Shown piece after piece: positions 19,328-32,534 of a stretch of DNA of 64,000 nucleotides. The position numbers and the translations under genes are program-made. Each line of letters opens with the position of its first letter. Positions within the stretch are counted from its first letter, which is position 1. The DNA lies in the NCBI GenBank assembly GCA_002104945.1, contig MCFH01000074.1:124001-188000 (forward strand), read 5' to 3'. The notes below the pieces were generated by a model. It was not told the origin of the DNA. It ran no database searches and saw only the letters and a program-made list of their open reading frames with translations. Source of the stretch: Piromyces finnis finn. Taxonomy: Eukaryota; Fungi; Neocallimastigomycota.

Positions 19328-19426
19328 AAATCTAACTTAATAAAAATTAAAACAAACATACTATTAATAATATAAAAGTATATCAACATAATTATCTTCC
19401 TAGTAGAATATCAAAGGATATATTTA

Positions 19427-19631
19427 GAAAAGGTGCTTCACTTTTTTCCAGGGTCAGACATCTCCTCCCTATCGATCAATTAACCGGTATAATTAAGCAT
19501 GTCGGCCAAATTTTGAGCTTTAAAAAAGCCAAAATAGATAGAAACCTGTAAGGTTCATAAACATGAGGTCGCTGGTCGAGCAAAAAGAAGAGGTGATGAT
19601 TTATCCCTAGAAAAAAGTGGAGCACCTTTTC
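19427..19631. other. 205-bp GC-enriched element bounded by 27-bp inverted repeats (MITE-like element or structured ncRNA)
   Basis: The left arm GAAAAGGTGCTTCACTTTTTTCCAGGG (19427-19453) matches the reverse complement of 19605-19631 at 25/27. TTTA lies on both flanks and there are several internal hairpins. Confidence 0.6.
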
Positions 19632-21253
19632 TTTAAAAAAAAAAAAAAAAAAAAAATTTTTTTTTAGAAAATTCTAATGTTCGATTTATTAATGAATCAA
19701 GGGTTAAAATCATTTTGTATTTTTAATTTTTTAAATTTATAAAGTAACCCTTTTTAATAAAAAAAAAAAAAAAAAAAGAAAGCTTTTTATATATAGTTAT
19801 TTATTTATATAAAAAAAGATATAAAAGATGTTATTAAAAAAAAAAAAGTAATTCAATATTAAATATTTAAATATATTCTATAATAGGTGAGAAAAAAAAA
19901 AGTTTTGTCTTGATAAAAAATTTTTCATTAACATTTTTGTTATCAATCCTATTCTAATTAATAATATTTAATTCCTCTTCACAACTTTAATCTTTTTTTT
20001 TTTTTTTTCCTTATTTTTATTAACTTTTATTTCTTTATTCCTACCTAAAAGGTAAAATATAAAATATTTAAAAAAAAAAAAAAAACACATATCAAAACAA
20101 TTCTTTTATTTATTTTGATTATTCATTTTTTTAAAAAATTTTTTAACTATACTCTGTTATTTCACATTCCAATAGTAAATAATAAAATTAAAAAAAGTTT
20201 TTAAATTCTATTATTTAATTGATAATATAAATTATCAAAAGATGTTGATATAAAAAATATTAAAAATAATAAAAAAAGTTTAATTTTTTTCTTAAATTAT
20301 ATTTAAGCTTTTTTTTTTTATAATTTATAATTTATAGTATAATTAATGTATTTTTTTTTTTTTTCATCATTATCATTATATATCATTATATAGGTTAAAT
20401 ATTAAAATATTATCAAATTGGTATACATATATATTTGATGATTAAATTCAAATAGATTTTAATCATAGTTGAATTATAAATAAATTAGAAAAGATTATTT
20501 CTTTCTCTATCTAAGAGTGTTTTTTTTTTTTTTTTTTTTTTTGATCGTTATGTATTCATTATGCATTTTTTTTTTTTTTTTTTAATTCATTGAAATATAT
20601 ACATAATTCATATGTTCTTATAGGTATAAATGTATTCGTAGGAGTTAATACTACTTTTATGTATACTTTTAAAAAAAAAAAAAAATCATAAACTTTTATT
20701 ATAGAATAATTTATATATTTATATTGATCGATAGGTATTGGATAGAGTATATTTTTAATTATTTCACTTTTGAAAAGTTTTTATATAAAAAGGTAAAACA
20801 TACTAATTAAAAAAAAAAAAGAGATTATTTCCTTTTTACAAGAATATATTCATATATATATATATAAAATGTAAATGTTATATTTATTATATCGTTATAT
20901 TATTATTATTATTTTTTAGTATATAGTATATATATTATTTTTTTATTAAGGCTATGGCTATTTTCATTACAGATTTTTTTTTTTTTTTTTTAAAAAGATC
21001 CTTTTTTTTTTTAAAAGAATTATTTGAAATAAATAAATATATATATATATTTTTTTTTTAAAAAAAAAAAAAAAACTAAACTTAAAAATAATACTACTAA
21101 TAATAATAATGTGGAAAAGAATAATAACAAATAAATAAAATAATAAAATAAAAATAAAAAAAACAAACAAACAAACAAACTATTATTATTATTTTGAATT
21201 TAAAATAACTAAATATATATATACTTATATATATAAAGATGAAAAATAGAAAA

Positions 21254-21292
<39 letters not shown>

Positions 21293-21415
21293 AGAGGAAT
21301 CTTTTTTAAAAATGACATAAATGAAAATTATAATATAAAATTAAAAAAAAAAAAAGAAAATTTTTATTATATTATATATATATAATTATTTGTAAAATGA
21401 TGGTGAATTAATAAA

Positions 21416-24400
21416 TTAATAATAGTTATATGTTGTTGGTAAGGTAGATCCTTCAGCGGTATAACTGGCTTGACCTTGAACGGTAGCGGTGGTGGTGCTT
21501 TGAGTCATCATGGGGTATCCAGAAGCACCAACTTGTGAAGTTTGTCCATAGTATGCAGAATATAAATTATTATAATCAACATTTGTTGCCACTGGATAAG
21601 GTTGTTGAACTGGTTGACTTGTTGGAATTGCAACTGGTTGGGCTTGGTGAGAAAGGCTAGAATAGTAGGCAGCGGTTTGATAACTACTTTGATAAGCAAC
21701 ATTAGTATTTGTGGTTGATTGATCTGCTACTGGGTAACCAGGATATAATGTAGCTTGCTGTACACCTTGTTGAGCATATGTAGATTGTGCTGGTTGGGAA
21801 TAAGTAGTTGCTGTCATTTGTTGCAAATATGGTGTTTGAGTAGTTGGTTGTGTGTATGGCATTTGAACAGGTTGTGAACTATGTTGTGAAGATGGTTGAT
21901 TTGTGTATGCGACTGAACTGTTTTGTTGTTGATTATATGGAATATGAGTTGTATTTTTATAATTACTTCCTCCTCCTGGCTTTTCTTGATTATTTGTATT
22001 AGATGGATGTGGTGGTAGAGGTGGCTGTTGCATTTTTTGTGTTGAGTTTTGATGATGTATTGGAGGAGGTTGTCTATTATTAAATTTACCCGGATATGGA
22101 TTACCACCTTTACCGCCACGACTTGATGGATAAGGTTTTGAACTTGGATATGGATGATGTCCAGCATTATGAATTGACATATTTTTGTCACTTTTATAAG
22201 AATTAAATCTACGCATTGGCAATATTCCACGACGATCCTTTTATTTAATATTTTATGTAGATTTATTTTTTTTTTTTTTTAAAAGTATTCATTTATAATA
22301 TTTATAATGATTAATAAATAAATATTTAAATATATATATATATATATGTAAATCAATTTATACTTACTTCATGAACGTCCAACTTTCTATTTCTATATAA
22401 TATTCCATTAAACATTTCTAATAGTTATTTAAAATCAATTATTTAAAAAGCATTAATATTGAATATTATTCCTACTAAAAATAATATTAAAAAATATTAT
22501 TAATACTGACCTATTGCTTTCTTAATTGAGCTTGCTTCTTGGAAACCAATGATACCATGTTTTGAAGGTTGATTTCTATCTTTTTGGAATACATCAGCAT
22601 AATTAATAGCACCTTTTTTTTTTTTAGATAAATTAAAAGAACAATATTTAGTTTTTTATTTTCATAAAAGAGTGTATATGAATGTATAAATGTAGTTAAA
22701 ATATAATCATAATATTATATAAAAAGTGTTCAATTCATATCAATATTTTCATAAAAGAGTGTATATGAATGTATAAATGTAGTTAAAATATAATCATAAT
22801 ATTATATAAAAAGTATTCAATTCATATCAATATTTTAATAAAAGAGTGTATATGAATGAATGAATAAATGAATGTTGTCAAAATATAGTCATAGTATTAT
22901 ATAAAAAAATATTCGATTGATGTCAATATTTTTATACAGGCACAGAAAAAAAAAGAAATCATTATTCAATTTAATTTCCAAATCCATTTTATTTTTCCAA
23001 TAAACTTTATTATATATTATGCTAATTACCTGCTGGTTCAAAAAGAGTTCTCAAGTCATTTGCAGTGACATTTACATCAAGCTATACAAACAAATTCCAA
23101 AATAATTGATTTAATTAAAGTTATTTTCTTTAATATAATATATTTTCGAATTCATATACATACATTTCCAACAAATATTCTTTGTTCTTTTGGTGGAGTA
23201 TTTACTGGATAACTACTTTCTCCTCCTTGATATCCACTTTGTTTATCTGGATAATTTCCTTTATCTTGTATCATTTGATTATTATTATATTGCATACCTT
23301 CACGATCTTCTCTTATGTGGATAGGTCTTCCTTGGAATTGATTATCTTGTAAATCTGAAATTGCTCTTCTAGCTTCACCTGGTGTTTCATATTGTACAAT
23401 AGCACAACCTTTTGATCTACCATCAGGTGAAGTTAAAATTTCTGCACTTACGACCTTACCAACTATTTAAATTTTAATAAAATAGTAGCATATATAAAAT
23501 ATAATTGTATGATATATGAAAATATTTATAATTTACTTTAGTATAATATATTTATACCTATTTAGTATAGTTTAATTTAAGAGGCATTAAGAGTCATTTA
23601 CTAGAAAAAAAAAGAAAAACAGACAAACCTTTTTCCATAAATCTAGTTAACATTTCTGTGGTCACTTCATAAGAAAGATTTTGTACATATACTCTACATT
23701 CTTTCATAGAATTATTCATTCGCATATCTTTATCCATGCCTCTGTTATAATCATCATAATAATCTCTTTTATATTTGAAATCTCTATCTCTTTTATTAAA
23801 GAATCTTTGGTCTCTTCCTCTACCATAAAATTTTGGGTAATCATAATCACGTTCTCTATCTCTGAAACCTCTAAAGTCTCTACCCATTCTCATATCATAA
23901 AAGTCTCTATAATCCCTATTTCTAAAATCTCTTACTCCATGACGTCTATCCTTTTCATAATATGGTGGGTAATTCATTCCTCTTCTTCTACCCCAATCAT
24001 CATATGGATGGTGGCCATATTGATGACCTCTTGGTGGAAATCTTCCGTAACCCTTATCTGAATTACGATAATTATTTGAATAATTTCTTTTATTTGAGGA
24101 TGCACTATCTTCTTTATCAGATTTTTTACCATCACTTTTTACATCAGTTTCTTTATTTTCGTTATTATTATTTTCATCAATTTTATTTTCATCAATTTTA
24201 TTTTCGTCATTTTTATTTTCATCAATTTTATTTTCATCAATTTTATTTTCATCATTTTTATTTTCATCATTTTTATTTTCGTCGTCAATTTTATTTTCGT
24301 CGTCAATTTTATTTTCACCATCATTTTTACTTTTTTCGTCATTTTTACTTTCATCATTTTTACTTTCATCATTTTTATTTTCATCATTTTTATTTTCTTC

Positions 24401-24718
24401 AGTTGAATTTTCTTTTATATCATCCTTTTCAACATCAATATTCATTTTTTCTGAATTTTCATCCTCTATACTTTCACTTTGTTTTATATTTTCTTCTTTA
24501 TTATCAACAATTTCTTCGTCTTGATTTATACTATTGTCTTTTTTTTCTATAATTTCTTCTTCTAATTTATTTTCTGAATCATCCATTTCAAATATTTCCT
24601 CAGTTACATTTTCGGAACTATCTTGATCATCTATTAAACTCTGATCTTGATTTTGAGATTCATTTTCTGTTAGTGATTCACTATTAATAATATCCTCTGA
24701 TAAATTTTTTTCAGACAT
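21416..24718 (-). CDS. Multi-exon Gbp2/Hrb1/hnRNP-M-like RNA-binding protein: acidic N-terminus, RD/RG-rich region, two RRMs, Q/P/Y/T/S-rich C-terminal tail
   Basis: RRM1 is RVYVQNLSYEV...VGKVVSAEILTSPDGRSKGCAIVQY...GRPIHIREDR across a phase-1 intron (donor after 23629). RRM2 starts RIFVGNL. The last exon is within ORF 21416-22222. Confidence 0.82.
22657..22930. repeat. Intronic 87-bp tandem repeat, three copies (third diverged)
   Basis: AGTGTATATGAATG recurs at 22671, 22758 and 22845. Confidence 0.9.
24160..24400 (-). repeat. 15/18-bp coding tandem repeats (K-N/I-D-E-N/S) in the RRM protein N-terminus
   Basis: Repeated TTTTATTTTCATCA units. They also explain the shadow ORFs at 23962 and 24139. 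Confidence 0.85.
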
Positions 24719-25962
24719 TGTATTTTGATAGAAAATATTACGATTAAATTATTATTAATTACTTTATTATATTTTATAATAAAATAATTTTATGAGAGAT
24801 TTTAAAAATTCTTTGTCTAGTTCAATAGGACTTTTTTTTTTTTTTTATACTACTTTAACAATTAATTGAAATTATTAAAATTTTTATTTAGAAATATTAT
24901 TATTGATGAATCAATGATGATTGATTATATTTACAATAAATAATCCTTATTTATCGTTGTTGTTTTTTATATAAAGTTATAAATAATAGTATTTGTAAGT
25001 ATAATTGAGTTTAAAGGTGAGATTTCATAGTTTTAAAAGTTGGATTATTATTTTTTTTTTTAAATTTTCATTTATTAATTTTGATAATTAAAAAAAAAAA
25101 AAATAATATATAAAAATATAAAATTTTTTTTTATTCCTTTTATTATTAATAATAATAATAATAATAATACTACTAAATAATAAAAAAAGGAATAAAAAAA
25201 TTTGAAAATTTATAATTATTTCCTTAATTAATTTTTTTTTTTTTAATTAATGATGAAATCATTATTTTTTGTAGGGAATAGATTTTTTTTCAGTTAGGTT
25301 TTTAGCTTTGATAACATTCCTACATAATGTACTAAATAATGTACATTAACACATATAATGTATTTGATTTTATGGAACATTTTCACTTAGTATCAGATAT
25401 TTATTTAAATCTATATTATTCATTCATCTATATTATTTACTATAAATTTATTTAATTTATTAATTATTCATTAATTTATTAATTTTAAATATAAAATGTA
25501 ATATACTTTTTCTTTATATCAATTTCAACCAATCATCATCACTTTAATAGTATTATTTTTTTTTTATTAAGAAATAATGTAGATTGATACATTCATCATA
25601 ATAAAATTAATTCTATCACTTTCATATATTTGATTATAAACAAAGTATATTGAATACATATATTATTTTATATTATAAATTAATCTTTTTAAAAATTAAA
25701 TTATTGTAACCTGCAAAAAAAATGTTTTTTGTAGGTAGTTAGCAGCATAAATTGCGTTTTAAATAATAAAATAATTAATATATTGGAATTTATATGAAAA
25801 GCATTTATTAGTGTATATTCTACTAATTCCATGGACCAATACTTTTACAAATTTTGGTATTTTGTATTGGATGGTGTGGTATAAGTGAGGGTAGTAATAA
25901 AATCATTTTAAAAAATACACTTTATATTAAAATTATATTAGTATATATAATATTAAGGAAAA

Positions 25963-28900
25963 ATGACTAAGAATTTTGATCGTACTTCTTTAGAATCATT
26001 ATTATTAAAGCGTTTCTTCTACGCTCCTTCTTTCGGTCCATATGGTGGTGTTGCTGGTCTTTACGATTATGGACCAGCTGGTTGTGCTTTACAATCCAAC
26101 ATTTTAGATATCTGGAGACAACATTTCGTTATGGAAGAAGATATGCTCGAATTAGATTGTACTATGTTAACTCCATATGATGTCCTTAAGACCTCTGGTC
26201 ACGTCGATAAATTCGCTGATTATATGGTTAAGGATACTAAGAATGGTGAAATTTTCCGTGCCGATCACTTAGTCAAAAATGTTTTAAAGAAAAGATTAGA
26301 AGATGATGACCTTCTTAAGAGTGGTAATGCTCCAGCTCAAGGTAAGGGTAAGAACAAGAAGCAACCAACCCCACTTTCTGAAGAAACTAGAAAGGAATAC
26401 GAAGATGTTCTTGAACAAGTAAGATTTTAAATATTATACTATTTATTTTATTTTAATTAAGATTTTTGTAGTAAAAAGACTGTGTAAAATCATCAAGCCT
26501 TTTTTTTTAATAAAAAATTGCGTGGTTAATCAATAATAAATTTATATATAAATAATCCTTTAAAATAAAATTAGCTCGATAACTATGATGGTAAGGGTCT
26601 TGATGGTTTAATTCAAAAGTTCAACATTACTTCACCAGAAGCTGGTAACCCAGTTAGTGAATGTGCTTTATTCAACCTTATGTTCGAAACTCAAATTGGT
26701 CCAACTGGTGCCTTAAAGGGGTAGAGTATATTATGATTATTGAAAAAAATAAAAATATAATTAAAATATAATGGGAATGGACCAACACCACATTTATTCA
26801 ATAGTCAATTCTAAATAGTCAATTTTCTTTTTATTCCCATATAAATATATTTCAATATCATAAATAATGTTAAATTGAAAAAAAATAGTTTCTTACGTCC
26901 AGAAACTGCTCAAGGTCAATTCTTAAACTTCAAGCGTCTCTTAGAATACAACACTGGTTCTATGCCATTTGCTTCTGCTCAAATTGGTAAATCTTTCAGA
27001 AACGAAATTTCTCCAAGACAAGGTCTTTTACGTGTTCGGTAAATATATAATTTATTTTTATATATTATATCAACCATATTTATTAATAAAAAAGAGTAAT
27101 TATTAATTTTTGAAAATATTGATTGTCTTTTTTTTTAATGATTAAAATCAAAATCAAAATTAATATATAAACAACTATGTAATAAATTACTTTTGTGGAT
27201 ACGTTATGATATTTTTTTTATAAAGTGAATTTACTATGGCTGAAATTGAACACTTTGTTGACCCACAAAACAAGAACCACCACCGTTTCGATGAAGTTAA
27301 GGATGTTGAATGTGTCTTCTACCCAGCTACTAACCAAATGGAAGGTAAGGGTACCATTACTACCACTATTGGTAATGCTGTTGAATCTGTAAGTTCAAAT
27401 TAAAGTTGTTGATTTAAAACTACATTTTATATTAAAAAGGATGCGGAAAAATTAAATCAATTATTAAAACTTTAAATAGGGTATGGTTAACAACCAAACT
27501 TTAGGTTACTTCATTGCTCGTATCTACCTCTTCTTAACTAAGATTGGTATCAAGCATGAAAAGTTAAGATTCAGACAACACATGGCTAACGAAATGGCTC
27601 ACTATGCTTGTATGTAAAAATAATAAAAAGATTCAAAAAAAAAAAGTTATAAAATATTTATTTTCAATATTTGATATCATAATAATAATTTTTAGGTGAT
27701 TGTTGGGATGCTGAAATCTTAAACAGTTATGTAAGTTATTAATAAAGTATTATTCTTATTCAAAGCATGAACGATTTATCATTAACTTTAATCTTTTATA
27801 ATAAATATTTTCTCTTAAAAATTATTAGGGTTGGATTGAATGTGTTGGTTGTGCTGACCGTTCCGCTTTCGATTTAACTGTTCACCAAAAGAAGACTGGT
27901 GAAAAGTTAGTTGTCCAAGAAGCTCTTCCAGAACCAATTATTCGTGACAGATGGGTCATTGAAATTAACAAGCCAAAGTTCGGTCCAGCTTTCAAGAAGA
28001 ACGTTCGTTTCGTTCAAGCTTACTTCGATGATATGCTTGCTGACCCAACCGTTTCTTACCCAAAGACCACTAAGGATTCCGAAAAGTTATGGAATGAAGA
28101 AAAGATCATGGAATTCAAGAAGAAGCTTGAAGAAGGAAATGGGTATGTAAAAAAAATAAATAATGAAAAAAAATTGGGGGAAAGGATTATTAATAAAGAT
28201 ATTTTAATGTTTTTTTTTTTTTGAAATAGTTCCTGCAACATTACTTGCTCTGACGGTAACGAATACACTATCACTTCTGATATGGTTGCTGTTAACAAGA
28301 TTAATGAAAAGATTAACGGTAAGATAAATTTTATTTCATTGAAAAAATAATATAATGCCTTTAATTACAATATTTGAATAGAAAAAATTAAAATTAATTT
28401 ATTGTATTTATATAGTTCGTGAATACATTCCAAATGTTATTGAACCATCCTTCGGTATTGGTAGAATCTTCTACTCTTTAATTGAACACTCCTACTGGGT
28501 CAGAGAAGGTGATGAACAACGTGCTGTAAGTATTATTAATAGTAAATTTATTCATGCCTATTTATGTATAAATGTGTGAAATAAAGTTTATTATTTCAAG
28601 TGATATTCATGATCTTATTAAAAAAATGCATTTATTATTATTTATCCTATATTTTATAGGTCTTATCTTTCCCAGCTTGTGTTGCTCCAATCAAGTGTTT
28701 ATTAACTCCAATTAGTCACCAAGATGAATTCGTTCCAATTCTCAAGGATATTGGTAAGGATACTTAATAATAAAAAAAAATAGAGTATATTTATATCATT
28801 ATTAATATATAAATTATTTTTAATTTTTTATTCTGTTAGCTACTAAGCTCCGTGCTCACAAGATCTCCAACCGTGTTGATGACTCTTCCAACACTATTGG

Positions 28901-29126
28901 TCGTAGATACGCTAGAAACGATGAACTTGGTATTCCATTCGGTATTACTCTTGATTTCCAAACTACTAAGGACAACACTGTTACTCTTCGTGAACGTGAT
29001 TCTACTATGCAAATTAGAGATACCATCGATACTGTTGTTGATCTCGTTGACAAGTTAGTCCAAGGTAAGATGGAATGGAAGGATGTTCTTGCTAACCACA
29101 AGGCTTTCACTTCTCAAGAAGCTTAA
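25963..29126 (+). CDS. GRS1: Glycyl-tRNA synthetase, eukaryotic alpha2 type, about 11 exons
   Basis: [117 protein letters not shown]. Stop TAA at 29124-29126. Confidence 0.97.
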
Positions 29127-30232
29127 ATTTGTTAAATCATCCGTGATTATATCAGATCCTTATTAAAAAAGAAAACAATTTTTTTTTAAAAAAGAAAAAA
29201 GCTATAAAATAGCATTTATCATTAACAAATTAAAAACGAAGAAGAAAAAAAGGAAAAAAAAAAAAAAAGAGAATACTAGAATGAAATTGTACAAAAAAAA
29301 AGATTGCATATAAAAAAATAAAAACAAAAGCATTGTAAAAAATTTTTTTTTTATTTTTTTTAAGAAAAAAAAATAGTAAAATTAAATAACATAAAAAATA
29401 AAAACAAGTAAAATTAAATATATATATATTAAATATTATTATTATTTTTTAAAGATAATTATCTAAAGGAAAAAAAAGAAAAAGTCATTTTTTAGTATGA
29501 AATGTTTGTGTGAAAAGGGATTTAAGAACTAATTTTAGTATATTGATTAGTTGCATTGTTTATAACAAGTAAAATGTTTGATTAAATAGAGGAGGAGAGG
29601 TAATAAAATTAAATGACGTTTTATTTTAGATTAGTATACAAAGTTAAAAAGTCTAAGTAAATTATTTTTACCATCTTGTTATTTTTAAAATAAAAGAAAG
29701 ACTATAAATTTCCAATTGTATTAAAAAAAAGTTTTAAAAGTCTTTTTTTTTTTTTTTTTTATTAATTATCCTATGGATAAATAGAATAGAAGCAAAAGAA
29801 ACGTTATTGAAAAACTTTTTTCTTTTGTTAAGGGAATGAGGAAGTAAAGGATTAAAAATTTTAATACCTTTGAAAAAAATAGTTAAAAAAAAAAAAAAAA
29901 AGATAAATCTTATAAAAACAGAAAAATAAAAAAAAAAGAAAAAAGTAATATTTTTCTCGTTTATATTCATTAAATTTTGAGGTTGGTGTAGAGTCGGCCC
30001 CCCTCACAAAAAAATAAAAAAAAAATAAAAATAAAAAATGTTAGCAAGAACATTTTATATTTTTAAAATTAGTTAAAACAAAGAATTAAAAATACAATTA
30101 CATTAATCATGTACATTAATACATAATGTATGTGAATGTATTTTTTTTAATATAAAAATCATTTAAAGGTAATATTTTCATCATTAGTTTTATTTTATAT
30201 AGAATTAAAAAAGTAAAAAAAAAAAAAAAAAA

Positions 30233-30978
30233 ATGGCTATTCTTCACACTAGTAAGTTATATCATTTTATAATAAATTCGAAAGAAGCAATATATAAATA
30301 TTATTTATTTTTATATTATTTATTTAATAATAATAATAATAGTAGTAGTAGTAATTAAAAGAAAAAGGATTGAATATTAATTTTTTTTAATTTTTATAAA
30401 AATAGTTATCTTCAAGGCTAAGGCCGATGTTAAGCAAGAAGAAGTTGAGAAGGTTTTAAAGGCTTTAGGTGATCTTGGTAAGGTCATTCCAAACCTTTCT
30501 AACTACAAGTGTGGTACTAACTTCTCTGACAGAAGCAAGGGTTTCACTCACAGTTAGTAATCAATTATTATCTTGACTATTTAATAATTTTTTATATTTT
30601 TTTTTTTTTTTTTTTTTTTGCATATATAAATACCATAAAATTTTATTTTATATTCAATTGAATTTACTTGTATGTATTAAATAGGTTTCCAAGTTGAAGT
30701 TCCAGATAAGGACGCTCTTCAAGTTTACCAAGTTCACCCAGAACATGTTAGAGTTAGAGACACTATGTTAAAGCCAATCGCTGAAGGTAATTTATCATAA
30801 TAAAAAATAAATAATTAAATAGAATATGACTAATAAAAAAAGAATTGATGGAATTCCCTTTATATGAATATATAATTAATTTTTTTTTTCTTCTTTTTCT
30901 TTAAAAAATATATATTATATTGTATAATTTTTTAAAATATATAAAAAAGACCTTCTTTGCATTGACTATGAATTCTGA
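30233..30978 (+). CDS. Stress-responsive A/B barrel (Dabb) domain protein, 98 aa, four exons
   Basis: Exons 30233-30251, 30406-30552, 30685-30786 and 30950-30978 join in frame (297 nt): MAILHTIVIFK...GTNFSDRSKGFTH...LQVYQVHPEH...DLLCIDYEF. Confidence 0.85.
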
Positions 30979-31734
30979 AACGAGGACGTATCAAGTTTAG
31001 CGACTTGCATACGAAAACTTAAGACATCAATTTTTAAACCAAAATTATAAGAATTATTCTAAATAATTATTCTCTTCTTTTTTGAATTTAAAATATTATT
31101 TTAATTCAAATAAACATTCCCTTTTTTTTTTTTTTTTTTTTTTTTTAATCTCATAAAGTTAATTTGATTAAAAGAAAGAAAAAAAAAACATCTTTTTTTT
31201 TTTTTTATGAAAGCGGAAAGAAAAAAAAGTTAATAAAAATTAAAAAGTAATAGGCAAATTAAAAGAAAAACAATAGTTCAATAAAGCCATTATTGCAAAT
31301 AATAAATCCATAAATTATAAACATGATATTGTGTTTGGAAATAAATTTCGTGTTCATTAACCTTTTTTTAAAACTTTTATATCTATGCCATTTAAGAAAC
31401 TATTAATATCATTTATAATGTTTATATTACAAGGTTTATTGAGTATAAGTAGGCCTTTATTTTTTTTTATAAATAAAATTTATAATTATTATTATTATTT
31501 TATTTTATTATTATTACTTTTGGTATGTTGTAATTGTGAAAGGTTTTTTTTTTTTATAACCTGCCTTTCTTCCTACATCTTTTTTAAGATGTCAAATACA
31601 TTAATTGTATATTAGATAACGTATTAAATAATGTATAATGTATAATTTATAATGTACATTTTTTATATTCAATATTTAATAATTAATAAAAAAAAAAATA
31701 TGAAGTATTTTTTTAAAAAATATCATTTAATAAA

Positions 31735-32534
31735 ATGGATGAAAAGAAAATGGATGAAAAAAAAGAGGATAGTTCAATACAATTACTTAATAACATAACT
31801 GATAGTTTGAACAATTTAATTAAGTTAATTCCAGAAAATCTAGAGGAAAAAAGAATAGATGGTAAACATACTTTTTAATGAATATATATACTATATTTTT
31901 TTTTTATCAATGTATTAATTTTTAATGGAAATGTATAATTAAATTTTAATATTAAATTTCATTTGAAAATCAAAAATAAAACTATTAATAAATTAATAAA
32001 ACTTGCTCCATTCTATTATTAAAAAATAATTTATTATATATAATAAATTTTCTACATTAATTTTTCATTTTTTTCGGATTGAAATAAAAAAAAAAAAAAA
32101 AGGAGATAATTCATCAAGTAATTATATAAATACAATTAATGATTCTTTAAATCTCTTAAAAGCTAATGTAACTACAACACTTGTTAAAACGTATGAAAAT
32201 CCTGAATTGACTATACAAAAGGTTGAAATAAATGGATATAAATTAAAATAATGGATAGTACATTTTTATTAATATTTATAATCCTCTATTCAATAAAAAT
32301 GTATCTTTATATTTTACTTAATAATAATTGTATTCATAGGAAATCAAGGAACTTGAAAAAGAAAAAGATGTTAAAGATTATGTTATACAGAGAACATATA
32401 ATAATTTAAGAATTTGGAACAGTATATTAAATGATTTAGAACAACGTGAAAAAACAATTATGAATAGAAGCTATAAAAATGAACCATCAGTCATGAAAGT
32501 GATTGAAATATACCCAGAACCATTAAAAAAATAA
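31735..32534 (+). CDS. Hypothetical three-exon 146-aa helical protein
   Basis: Exons 31735-31861, 32103-32221 and 32340-32534 join in frame (441 nt). The second donor (GTTGAA) is weak. No family recognised. Confidence 0.6.

Noticed and set aside
19427-19631. C/D-box snoRNA or U3 call for the inverted-repeat element
   Set aside because: TGATGA lies near the 3' end on the plus strand while CTGA lies near the 3' end on the minus strand, so neither strand has box C then box D in order.
23681-24552. Overlapping ORFs 23681-24061, 23962-24552 and 24139-24387
   Set aside because: By-products of the 15/18-bp coding repeats and the biased composition of the RRM gene.
30975-31016. Hammerhead ribozyme or SECIS after the Dabb stop
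   Set aside because: CTGAAACGA is not a CUGANGA core adjoining stem II, and the AUGA/AA/GA spacing of a eukaryotic SECIS is absent. A terminal Sec is also not expected in this fold.
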